DNA from: Candidatus Yonathbacteria bacterium RIFOXYC2_FULL_47_9 | GTDB taxonomy: Bacteria; Patescibacteriota; Minisyncoccia; Phycocordibacterales; UBA1550 | DNA: 39,701 bases | Assembly (NCBI GenBank): GCA_001825115.1 | Contig: MHUY01000016.1 | Location: 13,792-53,492, forward strand | Reading direction: 5' to 3' | In this document: positions 1 through 9,945 of the stretch, one piece after another | Layout: every line of letters begins with the position of its first letter | How positions within the stretch are numbered: the first letter of the stretch is position 1 | Position numbers and translations under genes: made by a program | Notes under the pieces: model-generated | What the model saw: the letters and a program-made list of their open reading frames with translations, nothing else | Told to the model about the DNA's origin: nothing | Database searches by the model: none

Positions 1-756
1 CATAGCTGTGGACTCATTCGCACACCCGAGCACGGTGAGCACGAGACGTGTCCTACGTGTGCGGGGTGGCGCCTCGAGCCATTAGGCATCGGCATTGAAC
101 GCATAGAAGAAGAAGTCGCAAAACTTTTTCCTGACGCGCCCCGCTTCGTCTTTGACGGTGACCGTGTAAGGACCCGCGCGCAAGCGCGCAAACTCATTGC
201 CCAATTTGAGAAGTCTATCGGAGGTATCCTCATCGGCACCCCTATGGCCGTTTCCTATCTTTTCTCAGTACCGCGCACCGCGATCATTTCCATTGACTCC
301 CTTTTTGCAATTCCTGACTTTCGTATGAACGAACGCATCTTTGCGCTCATTCTCGCACTTCGCGAAAAAACAACCAAGGCTCTTCTCGTGCAAACACGCA
401 TGGACGACACGACCCTTCTCGAGCAGGCGCTCAAAGGCGACTTGCTCGCATTTACCGAAGACGAGCTTGGTCTCCGTAAAGCCTTTTCATACCCACCCTA
501 CGGCACCATCATCAAGATCACCCTTCGCGGTAAACGCGCCGAGCTTCCTCAAGAAGTTGAGCGCCTCAAAGCTTATCTCCTTGAGTACACCCCTATCTCT
601 CCTCAAACCATAACGCGTGAACCTAAGAATATGTTTCGTATGCACCTCATTCTAAAACTTGCCGAAACAGTATGGCCCAACGATAAGCTACTCGCCAAAC
701 TCCGCGCCCTCCCCCCACAATTCACCATTGAGGTAAACCCCGATCACTTGTTATAA
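1..756 (+). CDS. priA: Primosomal protein N' (PriA), 3' part, 5'-truncated by the window
   Basis: Frame 1 is open from base 1: HSCG...CPTC (Zn finger), LGIGIERIEEEVAKLFP, ILIGT, IPDFR, LVQT, YPPY. Located upstream of def-fmt. Confidence 0.9.
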   Translation, partial: HSCGLIRTPEHGEHETCPTCAGWRLEPLGIGIERIEEEVAKLFPDAPRFVFDGDRVRTRAQARKLIAQFEKSIGGILIGTPMAVSYLFSVPRTAIISIDSLFAIPDFRMNERIFALILALREKTTKALLVQTRMDDTTLLEQALKGDLLAFTEDELGLRKAFSYPPYGTIIKITLRGKRAELPQEVERLKAYLLEYTPISPQTITREPKNMFRMHLILKLAETVWPNDKLLAKLRALPPQFTIEVNPDHLL

Positions 757-794
757 CTTCAAAAACGTATCTAAATGTGTTATGGTTTCCCCAT

Positions 795-1394
795 ATGGTA
801 ACGATCGTTCAAAAAGAAGCGCCGGTACTGCGTGCACACGCGGAACCCGTCAATCCAAAAGACTTTGATTCTCCACGCTTAAAAAAGATCCTTGACGACA
901 TGAAGGCTGCCCTCGAAAAAGAAGAGGACGGCGTCGCGATAGCTGCACCGCAGATTGGCGTGCCCCTCCGTATTTTTGTCGTCTCACATCGCGCTTTTGA
1001 GTTTATCGAGGACGATATTCATGCCGAAGATATGCATAACACCACCTCGAGACCCATAGCGGCGCATAAAAAATCTCCCGCGCACGACATGGTCTTTATT
1101 AACCCGGAGATTACCAAGCTCTCGCGCAAAAAAGTGTGGGTCCCCGAGGGTTGCCTCTCGGTCCGCTGGCTCTATGGCGAGACCTCACGCGCCGACAAAG
1201 CGACCGTGCGCGCCTACGATGAGCATGGTAAACTTTTTACTCGTGGTGGCAGCGGCCTTATGGCGCAAATATTCCAGCACGAGACTGACCACCTAAACGG
1301 CATCCTCTTTATTGACCACGCACGCAATGTCGAAAAGATTACTAAAGAAGAAATGGAGCGTCAGCGTCTCGAACACGAAGGACACGGTCACTAA
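795..1394 (+). CDS. def: Peptide deformylase
   Basis: GVAIAAPQIG, EGCLSV and QHETDHLNG motifs; ATG at 795 preferred. Confidence 0.97.
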   Translation: MVTIVQKEAPVLRAHAEPVNPKDFDSPRLKKILDDMKAALEKEEDGVAIAAPQIGVPLRIFVVSHRAFEFIEDDIHAEDMHNTTSRPIAAHKKSPAHDMVFINPEITKLSRKKVWVPEGCLSVRWLYGETSRADKATVRAYDEHGKLFTRGGSGLMAQIFQHETDHLNGILFIDHARNVEKITKEEMERQRLEHEGHGH

Positions 1395-1397
1395 AAT

Positions 1398-2273
1398 ATG
1401 AATACTTCAAATCTCCACATCGCCTTTTGGGGCACTTCGCGCTTTTCGATAATCGTCCTTGAAGAAATGGCGCGCGAGGGCTTCCTCCCATCCCTCATCA
1501 TCACCGCACCCGCAAAGCCAAAAGGACGCGGACTCGAGCTCACCCCGAGTGAGGTAAAAGTATGGGCGGATGCACACAATATCCCAACTCTTGAACCATC
1601 TGATATTCGTACTGAGGAATTTGCAAAATCTCTTGGCACCGACTGGGACCTTTTTCTTGTTGTCTCGTATGGCAAGATTATTCCCCGTACAATCCTTGAC
1701 ATGCCTCACCACGGTACCCTGAATGTACACCCTTCGCTCCTTCCAAAGCTCCGTGGCGCATCCCCCATCCAAGGCGCGATCTTAGAAGACTGCCCCGTAG
1801 GCCAACCTCACGAAGCGGGTGTAACCATTATGCAGATTGACGAAGAAGTCGACCATGGCCCTATTGTCGCACAAGAAAAAATGGTGATTGAAAACTGGCC
1901 ACCAAAGGCGAGCGAGCTCGAGGAGATCCTGGGGACCTTCGGTGGCAAGCTTCTCGTAAAAACAATTCCTGAATGGATTGCAGGAAAGATAACCCTACAG
2001 GAACAAGATCACGACAAGGCGTCGTACATAAAAAAAATTACCAAACAGAGCGGGCACATCGACCTCAGCGATGACCCCGAGCGTATGTATCGAAAGATCC
2101 GCGCCTTTAATATTTGGCCGCGTGCATATCTCCTTACGGAGCACGGCGGTAAAGAGATTCGTGTCATTGTGACCGAAGCACACATGGAAGAAAGTAAGCT
2201 CATTATCGACCGCGTCATCCCTGAAGGTAAGCGTGAAATGACCTACGCCGATTTTTTACGAGGACAGAGGTAA
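1398..2273 (+). CDS. fmt: Methionyl-tRNA formyltransferase
   Basis: LNVHPSLLPKLRGASPIQ, GVTIMQ..EVDHGPI, IRAF..WP; follows def. Confidence 0.96.
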   Translation: MNTSNLHIAFWGTSRFSIIVLEEMAREGFLPSLIITAPAKPKGRGLELTPSEVKVWADAHNIPTLEPSDIRTEEFAKSLGTDWDLFLVVSYGKIIPRTILDMPHHGTLNVHPSLLPKLRGASPIQGAILEDCPVGQPHEAGVTIMQIDEEVDHGPIVAQEKMVIENWPPKASELEEILGTFGGKLLVKTIPEWIAGKITLQEQDHDKASYIKKITKQSGHIDLSDDPERMYRKIRAFNIWPRAYLLTEHGGKEIRVIVTEAHMEESKLIIDRVIPEGKREMTYADFLRGQR

Positions 2274-2314
2274 AAGAAAAAACCGGACAGTGTCTCACGA
2301 CATGTGTCCGGTTT
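2272..2314. terminator. Intrinsic terminator hairpin (U-tract on the minus strand)
   Basis: AAACCGGACA...TGTCCGGTTT inverted repeat with an A-run on its left. Confidence 0.7.
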
Positions 2315-2544
2315 GCGTTAAAAGATTTTTTTCGCACAGGGATTTCTCTAGTTTTATCCACACAACCTATTAAGTGTCTTCTGTGACATCAGGATAGTCA
2401 GAGGGTATGCTGAGCCTCGTCAGTAGATGAAACTATCTTTCAACAACCTGCCGCTCCTTTGGCTTAAGGGTGGAGCGCCACCCCAATTAAAGAACCCTCA
2501 TACTTCTCTCCCCTTTCTTTTTGATACTGAATTAACCTGAATCA

Positions 2545-2573
2545 ATCATAGCACTTTTTACATATTTTGTCAA
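2545..2573 (-). promoter_or_regulatory. Sigma70-type promoter
   Basis: Minus strand reads TTGACA-N17-TATGAT. Confidence 0.7.
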
Positions 2574-2600
2574 TACGTACTGCACTGAGATGCGAGCTCC

Positions 2601-4346
2601 CTACCAGCTTCCCCCTCCACCACCGCCACCTCCACCACCCGACGATCCGCCTCCACCACTGCCTCCAGGCGCAGATGATAATGACGTTGTGGCAAAAGCA
2701 CCAAAACTTGCAAGAGAATTACTCAAAGTCCGCGCACTGAAATGTGAACTTGCGGGCCCCGAATACCACGATGGTGGCGTCGTATAGATACCCTCGAATT
2801 CTTTTGCCCATGCATTTTCAACCCCCAGCACCATCGCGTACGGCAAAAGTTTTTCAAATATCTCCGGTTTCTTTTCTGGCGCACTATGAAATGCTAACCG
2901 ATCTTTTTCAGCAATCTGTAAATACATTTTAAGACCAAGAAGCTGTTCTTTTGTTGCGACACCAATTTCCGTCTTTGCAGGACTCAATCGGTATATAATC
3001 AAAAATATTCCGATCGAAACAATAAGGCCAATAACGACGGGGGACAAAACCATTTGAGGGTAGACACTTGAAACAACATCAAAAATCCATATACCTGCAA
3101 AAGAAAGGAATACGGCAACCCCCACTGCCTTACCACCCTTCCCCATCCTTCCTAAATTTTTATAATACCCCTTCTTCAAAAGTAAGTTTGCTGTCGAATT
3201 CTTAAGAATAGGTATCTGTTTATAAAAAACATTCTTTAGTTTAGAAAGTGTCACCGATTCTGAATGACCGCTTGAAAATAGAGACGCGAGAAGTTCACTG
3301 TCGAAAGTATTTGCAACATCAGAAAAATCTTTCAACTTCTCAAGCTTATAGTCAGACAAATTAAATATGCCGAGAATCTTATTTTCAAGGTATACAATCT
3401 TGAGATACCCCTTTGTAGCGAGATACACGATCTCAGCTGAAATACTCCCCGCGGAGATATCTTCGTGGAGAATTCCTACGACCTCCATAGGAGTCAGGTC
3501 GCCGGGTACATCATAGTACGGAACGATAACTCCTGCCCCTTTGGGGTCACGCCCCTTTTGACACCAATACCGAAACGAGAAGAAAAAAGTGCCAATAATC
3601 ATCAATATTGAAATAACCCACGGCAAATAAACAAGGAACATATCCGTAACGATACTCAACGGTTGATAGGGTACGACGGTCCCTTTTGGGAAACCAACAG
3701 CCACCGTAAGGCCTTCCCCGGGGTTGAGGACACTAGGCACAGCAAACACAACAGACGTATTGCTTTCGATAGACGACGAACACTTGTTTGTACTTCCTTT
3801 TATCCCAACGTAACAAGCCTCTTGAATTATCGACGGGGTTATCGACGGAGGCAGGGTAACTCTTGCGCGGGCGGCGTATATCGGCATACCCCACTCATTG
3901 CCGGTAACATTCCAATAGACCTCATCTAGGTCCTCCAGTTTAGCAACTGCATTTGTTCCATGATAGGTGACGAGGTATGTTTTTTCACCCCTGAATGTTG
4001 TGTTTGGGTCGCCTATTTTTATGCGAATGTTTTTCCCAACATTTGAAACCTGGAATTGATATGGGGCTCCGCTCTCATCCACAACCACCACATCCTTGAT
4101 GATCATTTTTTTACCCTCAGAAGAGTACGGGTATATGTCACGATAAATACCATGATGTTCAGCGGGTCCTGTTTGGTAGATGATTTTTTCTGTAACATCG
4201 ATAGAGTTATCAGTATTAACGATGATATCTGCATCAAAAAAAGTAATGGCTTCTTGGTTTTGACCAATCATTTGTGCCGACACAAAGAACGGAAACCCGA
4301 GAGCAAATATGACACCTGTTGCAAGCGTATTCCAAAAAATTTTCAT
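2601..4346 (-). CDS. DUF2207 family membrane protein
   Basis: Signal peptide, HGIYRDI, YWNVTGNEW, two TM regions, FEKLLPYAMVLG and Gly-rich GGGGGSW C-terminus. Confidence 0.9.
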   Translation of the reverse strand: MKIFWNTLATGVIFALGFPFFVSAQMIGQNQEAITFFDADIIVNTDNSIDVTEKIIYQTGPAEHHGIYRDIYPYSSEGKKMIIKDVVVVDESGAPYQFQVSNVGKNIRIKIGDPNTTFRGEKTYLVTYHGTNAVAKLEDLDEVYWNVTGNEWGMPIYAARARVTLPPSITPSIIQEACYVGIKGSTNKCSSSIESNTSVVFAVPSVLNPGEGLTVAVGFPKGTVVPYQPLSIVTDMFLVYLPWVISILMIIGTFFFSFRYWCQKGRDPKGAGVIVPYYDVPGDLTPMEVVGILHEDISAGSISAEIVYLATKGYLKIVYLENKILGIFNLSDYKLEKLKDFSDVANTFDSELLASLFSSGHSESVTLSKLKNVFYKQIPILKNSTANLLLKKGYYKNLGRMGKGGKAVGVAVFLSFAGIWIFDVVSSVYPQMVLSPVVIGLIVSIGIFLIIYRLSPAKTEIGVATKEQLLGLKMYLQIAEKDRLAFHSAPEKKPEIFEKLLPYAMVLGVENAWAKEFEGIYTTPPSWYSGPASSHFSARTLSNSLASFGAFATTSLSSAPGGSGGGGSSGGGGGGGGGGSW

Positions 4347-4388
4347 ACTTCATATTATATACCACGAACAATCTATCTGCCATGTAGT

Positions 4389-4430
4389 ACTACAAAAAAC
4401 ACCCCATTTTCGTGGGGTGTTTTTTGTAGT
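4389..4430. terminator. Bidirectional-type intrinsic terminator
   Basis: ACTACAAAAAACACCCCA / TGGGGTGTTTTTTGTAGT perfect inverted repeat after the PPIase gene. Confidence 0.8.
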
Positions 4431-4441
4431 AGATTTTGGAA

Positions 4442-5089
4442 CTATTTGATTTCGATCTTCTCGATAATCATATCCTCTACAGGACGATCACCGGGCATAG
4501 TCTTGGTATTCTCAATTGCGGTCACCACATCCATCCCTGCTGCAACACGACCAAAGACGGTGTGTTTAGTATCAAGGAAGTTGTTGTTTGCCGTGTTGAT
4601 GAAGAACTGACTGCCATTGGTATTAGGGCCAGCGTTTGCCATAGAGATGGTGCCGATATCATTTCTGTTCTCAGCATGAATCTCGTCAGCAAACTGGTAT
4701 CCAGGACCACCTGTCCCCCAGCCCGCCTGCTTTGCGGTGTCTTTTGAGAGTGGGTCACCACCCTGAATCATAAAGCCTTTAATCACGCGATGGAAGCGCG
4801 TACCGTTGTAAAATCCTTCATTTGAAAGTTTTACAAAGTTCTCAACAGTCTTTGGTGCCTTGTCGGCAAAGAGTTCGAGCGTAACAACGCCTTTATTGGT
4901 AGTAACGATTGCAGTAGTCATAGTTTTAATTGAATTGGCTTCTAATTTAGTGGTTGTGGTGGTTGTGGGTTCTGTAACTACGGGGATTTGCTCTATTGGC
5001 TGCAGAGTTTTCTGTGAGCCACTAACCCATACCACAAACCCGATAATAGCAACAGCAACAACGATAAGAATCATATTGGTTGTCTTCAT
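4442..5089 (-). CDS. Cyclophilin-type peptidyl-prolyl isomerase with N-terminal membrane anchor
   Basis: FHRVIKGFMIQGGDP, SMANAGPNTNGSQFFI, HTVFG; start at MKTTNM. Confidence 0.95.
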   Translation of the reverse strand: MKTTNMILIVVAVAIIGFVVWVSGSQKTLQPIEQIPVVTEPTTTTTTKLEANSIKTMTTAIVTTNKGVVTLELFADKAPKTVENFVKLSNEGFYNGTRFHRVIKGFMIQGGDPLSKDTAKQAGWGTGGPGYQFADEIHAENRNDIGTISMANAGPNTNGSQFFINTANNNFLDTKHTVFGRVAAGMDVVTAIENTKTMPGDRPVEDMIIEKIEIK

Positions 5090-5102
5090 AATACTTGTTG
5101 GA

Positions 5103-5474
5103 TTATTTCTCGCGTCCAAAACGGAGAAGGTTCTTGATCATGCCCGCACCGCGGCGTGCAAGACTGCGTTCTTTTGTCTTGTAGGAAGTGAGCTCTCTCA
5201 TGAGCTCGGCACGCATATCATCAATGGCCGCGTAAAGGTCGTCTTTTTTAGAGACCGCACGAAATTGTTTACCGCGTACCGTCATTGATACTTCAGCACG
5301 GAAAATATCACCTGACTGATGATGATTGGTTGTCTTTCCGATCTCAACATACAGAAGTGGGTTTTCCTCATCGTGTGGAATCGCAAACTTTTCGAGACTC
5401 TGAAGCTTTTCTTCGACATACGAAGATATCGCATCCGTCATCTCAATATTAATTGTTTTTATTTTGATCTGCAT
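5103..5474 (-). CDS. hpf: Ribosome hibernation factor HPF/RaiA
   Basis: MQIKIKTINIEMTDAISSYVEEKL...DLYAAID pattern. Confidence 0.9.
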   Translation of the reverse strand: MQIKIKTINIEMTDAISSYVEEKLQSLEKFAIPHDEENPLLYVEIGKTTNHHQSGDIFRAEVSMTVRGKQFRAVSKKDDLYAAIDDMRAELMRELTSYKTKERSLARRGAGMIKNLLRFGREK

Positions 5475-5566
5475 AGATCTATTATATCGTCAAACGAAGA
5501 GCGGTGCAAACAAAAAATGTTTTGTTTATTCCGTCCGAGTGCCGACGATATATAGTACTCTATATA

Positions 5567-5794
5567 TCACTTCGAATCAGGAATCGACAAGATTTTCCCC
5601 GGACTGTGGTGCCCAGAAATAATCCGTATCTGCTTTGGATTGATGCTGAAGTACGCCGCAACAAGCTCGAGAACCCGCCTATTGGCAAGGTTTTGTTCTG
5701 CGGGATCTTTGACCGATACCAAAAAGGAATCCTCCGAGACTTTCTCGAGTGATTCCTTTTTGGCTCCTGCCGCTACGCGGACCCTGATATACAT
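5567..5794 (-). CDS. DUF167 (YggU-like) protein
   Basis: VRVAAGAKK, VKDPAEQNLAN, IISGHHSPGK. Confidence 0.85.
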   Translation of the reverse strand: MYIRVRVAAGAKKESLEKVSEDSFLVSVKDPAEQNLANRRVLELVAAYFSINPKQIRIISGHHSPGKILSIPDSK

Positions 5795-5801
5795 TCCTAG
5801 A

Positions 5802-7235
5802 TTAGATTACCTCCACAAGAGACATGTTGGTGCCGCCCGTACGACCAAAGGGTACTCCTGCAGCAATGACCACCTTGTCACCCTTTTTCGCAAATTTGTT
5901 TTTAAGAACGTACGCACGAACAGTCTTCATTACCTCATCAATCGTGGTGAGCTTTTCAATGTGTACGGGGTAACAACCGAACGAGAGTGCCACTTGCTCT
6001 ATGACGTGACGTTTTGGACTCATTACGATTATTGGTTGTTCTGGACGATAGCGAGAGATCATGCGCGCGGTGAGTCCGGACTCAGTAAGAGCAATAATTG
6101 CCTTTGCACCTATCGTTGATGCGGTAGAAACTGCCGCAAAGGTCACGGCATCTACAATATCCTTGTAGCTACTGTCGGTGCCACTTTCTGCCGAAAAAAT
6201 ATCACCGTAGAGGGCTTCGCGATGAGGATAGTTTTGCTCCACCATATTGGCAACCTTTGCCATCATCGCAACCGCCTCCGTAGGATATTCTCCAAGAGCG
6301 GACTCCTCCGAAAGCATTACGGCATCTGCCCCATCAAGAATAGAGTTTGCAACATCTGAAACCTCGGCGCGTGTTGGCACCGGCGACTTGATCATCGACT
6401 CCATCATTTGTGTTGCCACAATAACTGGCTTACCCGCAGCATTACATTTTTCAATGATCATCTTTTGCAAAATAGGTACTTGCTCTGCAGGCACCTCAAC
6501 CGCAAGGTCTCCACGAGCAACCATTACCCCATCCGCCTCGGCAATAATTGCATCAATATTTTCAATTGCCTCTTCTGTTTCGATCTTTGCAATAATCTTT
6601 CCTGTTGCTTTAGCTTTCGTCAAAATACCGCGAAGCTCGGTTACATCCGAAGGTCGGCGCACAAACGAAAGCGCAAAGAAATCAACCTTGTGCGCTACAC
6701 CAAAGAGAAGGTCTGTTTTGTCTTTTGCCGTCAAACAACTGATCTTGAGCGAGACACCAGGGAGATTCACGCCACGGCGGCCCTTGGTCTCTCCTCCTAC
6801 GATGACACGACATTTAATTTCTTCTCCTTTTACCTCAAGCACCTCGAGACGCTTCTTTCCGTCATCAAGAAGGATTGGGTCGCCTTTTTTGATTTCTTGA
6901 GGAAGCGCTTTGTAACTTACGAATGCTTTCGTCTCATCGCCCACGCATGCCTTGGTAGTGAGCGTAAAGATAGAACCATTTTTGAGCATAACGCGCTCCT
7001 GATAAAAATCACCAATACGAATCTTGGGACCCGAGAGATCTTGTAAAATAGAGATTGGCGCGCCAAGTTTTGTTGCCACCGCCTGAATGTTTTTCACTCG
7101 TACCGCATGCTCCTCATGAGTACCATGCGAAAAGTTTAGACGACATACATTCATTCCTGCCTTCACCAGGTTGGTAAGCATAATTTCACTTTCCGATGCG
7201 GGGCCGATCGTTGCTACAATTTTTGTCTTTTTCAT
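5802..7235 (-). CDS. pyk: Pyruvate kinase
   Basis: KTKIVATIGPAS, RLNFSHG, IIAKIE, MVARGDL, ATQMMESM, PTRAEVSDV. Confidence 0.98.
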   Translation of the reverse strand: MKKTKIVATIGPASESEIMLTNLVKAGMNVCRLNFSHGTHEEHAVRVKNIQAVATKLGAPISILQDLSGPKIRIGDFYQERVMLKNGSIFTLTTKACVGDETKAFVSYKALPQEIKKGDPILLDDGKKRLEVLEVKGEEIKCRVIVGGETKGRRGVNLPGVSLKISCLTAKDKTDLLFGVAHKVDFFALSFVRRPSDVTELRGILTKAKATGKIIAKIETEEAIENIDAIIAEADGVMVARGDLAVEVPAEQVPILQKMIIEKCNAAGKPVIVATQMMESMIKSPVPTRAEVSDVANSILDGADAVMLSEESALGEYPTEAVAMMAKVANMVEQNYPHREALYGDIFSAESGTDSSYKDIVDAVTFAAVSTASTIGAKAIIALTESGLTARMISRYRPEQPIIVMSPKRHVIEQVALSFGCYPVHIEKLTTIDEVMKTVRAYVLKNKFAKKGDKVVIAAGVPFGRTGGTNMSLVEVI

Positions 7236-7356
7236 GGATGGGTTGCTTATAGTTAATGAGCCCACATTATATCAGAAAACGCTAGTCTCCGCAAAATAAG
7301 GCTCTATTCAGATATCTTTGCTTTTTTCGTCCATTTTGCTATGATGCAAATTGTAT

Positions 7357-7428
7357 TCCGCGGTAGCTCAGTGGTAGAGCAAGCGACTGTTAATCGCTTG
7401 GTCGTAGGTTCGATCCCTACCCGCGGAG
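7357..7428 (+). tRNA. tRNA-Asn (GTT); CCA not encoded in this state
   Basis: Acceptor TCCGCGG/CCGCGGA, D-arm GCTC AGTGGTA GAGC, anticodon loop CTGTTAA, T-loop GGTTCGATCC; upstream TGcTATGAT -10. Confidence 0.97.
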
Positions 7429-9111
7429 CATAGTAGAAAAAACAGGCTTTAAACGGTCTGTTTTTTCATTTAAGCCTTTAAATACAACGTAGTTTTTAGG
7501 TTCGAACTCTCCGTTTATTGCCTTCGCACATTTGATGCCTTCTACGAGTTTGTTTACCGCAATATCGTTATAAATACTAAGGTTTTCATCATCCCAGACT
7601 AGGTTCGAACCTAGTCTTGAGAGTATGTTTCTTTTTGCCTGCATACTCCCCTTCTCAAGTACTTCTTTCGTACAAAGAGTAAGGTCTACAATCTCGTTCA
7701 TCCGAGAAAACCAATCAACCCTACCTTTTCCATCACCAGCAACTGCATACTGTTTATTCAGCGCCAGTAAATCATCTTTGTATTCACCGTCAGTAATCTG
7801 TTCGTCGCGAAGCATGGCTCGCAAGCGAGTCTTCTTTGCTTCATATTTACTTTTATCTGCCTCCACCTTTTGCGCGATAAACACACTGTCGTTAATTTCC
7901 TTATCCTTTAATTCAACAATGTATTTTTTTGACCACTCAGCAAACTCCTTCGAAAAAGTCAGGTTGTCGTCGACAAACTTCACTAACTCTTCAGTAATCC
8001 TTGCCTCAGAAAGTGCTTTGTACGGTTGAGCAGCCTTCTTTTTCTTTACATTGTAATAGTAGGTAAAAGTGAGGTACTTTGGATTTTCCAGCTTTTCTAT
8101 TTCCCTCTCGCATTTAGGGCAATGGGTTCTATCCAAGTATGCAAACTTGTTCTTGCAATCACATATAACCTGGCACTTTACATCTTGCCCCATAAACGCT
8201 CCCTCGTCTGACTGAACAAACCCAGCGAAGGTCGTCTCATGACGTTGAGATTTTGGTATGTTTTTCTTCGAAAGAAGAGCTCTAACTTTCTCGTGCTCGC
8301 CCTCGGTAATAAGTCGAGGGAGCGAAGAATCAAGCTCGTATCGTTCACCGCCGTATGTGAAAAATCCAGCATAAGTAGGGTCCTTCAAAATCTCATATAT
8401 TCGCGAGAGAGTAATCGGTGCACCGCCAATTCTCTTTCTCTTCACCGTGGTCAATTTTAGCTCTTTTATGGCATACCTATGCAGCTTGCCTGCCGAGTAT
8501 GTCCCCGTTAAAAACATTTCAAACAACGTTTTTATTGCCTTGAGCCTCAGGTCATCAACAATCCACCTACGATTGCCCTTTTCCTCTGTTTTATCATTCA
8601 AGAACCCTAGTGTGGCAACTCCGTGCGGTACACCCATACTTGCCTTTTTCGTCTGCCCTCGCTTTACGTTCACCGAGAGGTCTTTAACAAACTGTTTCCC
8701 CTGACTGAACTCGACGGACATCACAATCACGTTATCCCAAGGGTAAAAAACTTTATCATGCGTGATGATTGCTTTTATAACCCCAGAACTCAGAAGGTCG
8801 ATGATCTGTCCCCCTTCGGTCATATTTCTTGCAAGGCGATCGAGCTTCCAGCAAACAATGGAGTCAATCTTTCCTGAAAAAACCATTTCCATCATTCTTG
8901 AAAACTCTTTTCGCTCGTGCTCTTTTTTAGCAGACTTACTTTCCTTAAAAACTTCAACAAACTTTGGGAGATTGTAGAAACTGGAAATCCTCGCTGCTTC
9001 ATCAATCTGACTATCAACAGAAAGCATCTGACGATCCTCCGCCTCCGAAGACTTACGGTTGTAATTCCCCACCTTCAACTTCGTGAAATCTATAGTGTTG
9101 TTCATAAACAA
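7417..9111 (-). CDS. Large serine recombinase (integrase)
   Basis: YNRKS catalytic motif, WKLDRLARN, LSVNVKRG helix E, ILKDPTYAG recombinase domain, Cys-rich Zn ribbon, coiled coil; stop codon lies inside the tRNA. Confidence 0.93.
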   Translation of the reverse strand: MFMNNTIDFTKLKVGNYNRKSSEAEDRQMLSVDSQIDEAARISSFYNLPKFVEVFKESKSAKKEHERKEFSRMMEMVFSGKIDSIVCWKLDRLARNMTEGGQIIDLLSSGVIKAIITHDKVFYPWDNVIVMSVEFSQGKQFVKDLSVNVKRGQTKKASMGVPHGVATLGFLNDKTEEKGNRRWIVDDLRLKAIKTLFEMFLTGTYSAGKLHRYAIKELKLTTVKRKRIGGAPITLSRIYEILKDPTYAGFFTYGGERYELDSSLPRLITEGEHEKVRALLSKKNIPKSQRHETTFAGFVQSDEGAFMGQDVKCQVICDCKNKFAYLDRTHCPKCEREIEKLENPKYLTFTYYYNVKKKKAAQPYKALSEARITEELVKFVDDNLTFSKEFAEWSKKYIVELKDKEINDSVFIAQKVEADKSKYEAKKTRLRAMLRDEQITDGEYKDDLLALNKQYAVAGDGKGRVDWFSRMNEIVDLTLCTKEVLEKGSMQAKRNILSRLGSNLVWDDENLSIYNDIAVNKLVEGIKCAKAINGEFEPKNYVVFKGLNEKTDRLKPVFSTMLRG

Positions 9112-9460
9112 AAATGAGGTAACGACATTTAACTTTTAGTTGCTACACCAAGAGAACGTCATTACCTCGTTTTTATTTACAAAATACTCATAGTTTCCTT
9201 GGGTATTCTTGTAATTCTCTTGGTGTAGCTTTTGTATTTTAGCACATTTTTCTGGCAATACGCCACACTTATCCTTTAGATAGCATCTACTGGAACTTGA
9301 TGGTGGGAGTTTTAAGGGCTCTGTATATGACTCAAGTAATGCATACGCAAATTTGAGCATTTTCACCAGTTTTTATGTAGCCACGGTATTTGAGATGCAC
9401 AATGCAAGCCCTTTGGGTAAAAACTAGTTTCTATTTTTATAAAAACTCGGTATTTCATTT

Positions 9461-9604
9461 TTACTTGTATACTTCATTCGCATCTGGAGATACTACGGCA
9501 CAGATCAGACGGCAGGGTGGTAAGCGTGACAACCATTTCCCCTGCTTTCGCATCTGTGCCTTAACACCCCTTTTGATTTGCCACGACTGCTTACCTGCAT
9601 TCAT
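9461..9604 (-). CDS. Putative 47-aa peptide resembling serine recombinase helix E
   Basis: Hand translation MNAGKQSWQIKRGVKAQMRKQGKWLSRLPPC...; below the ORF track cutoff. Confidence 0.4.
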   Translation of the reverse strand: MNAGKQSWQIKRGVKAQMRKQGKWLSRLPPCRLICAVVSPDANEVYK

Positions 9605-9688
9605 GGTTTTGTTGGAGCTTCTTTCTACTCTCTGCCCCAAAAAGAGTTTATTGTGACATTTTCTTAGGACCTTTTTACAGACCCTGCA

Positions 9689-9877
9689 TTACCTGCGCAC
9701 TTGCGTAGACAATTCAGGATTAGCAACTTTCATCTTCAAACCCTCCGCTAAAATGTTCAGAAAAAGCAAACCAAGTTTGTTTAATTCATCTTCAGAAAAA
9801 GCATTGGCTTTCTCTTCGCCAACTTCTTTAATGAGCACCTTCTTCAAATCCGTTTTTGCCTTTTCGCTTAGCTCCAT
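9689..9877 (-). CDS. Small hypothetical protein upstream of the integrase
   Basis: 62-aa helical, protein-like composition, co-oriented with the integrase. Confidence 0.65.
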   Translation of the reverse strand: MELSEKAKTDLKKVLIKEVGEEKANAFSEDELNKLGLLFLNILAEGLKMKVANPELSTQVRR

Positions 9878-9945
9878 CCACTAATCAGAACATTTCCAGG
9901 GAAACAAATCGCCGTAAATCCTTGTAAAAGACGATTTTGGCATTA

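Noticed and set aside
2354..2362. Perfect DnaA box TTATCCACA
   Set aside because: Single copy with no box cluster or dnaA nearby; insufficient for oriC.
2590..2787. Poly-proline ORF on the plus strand
   Set aside because: Antisense shadow of the Gly-rich DUF2207 tail.
9136..9656. ORFs 9136-9366(-) and 9390-9656(+)
   Set aside because: No recognisable motifs and atypical composition; not supported as genes.
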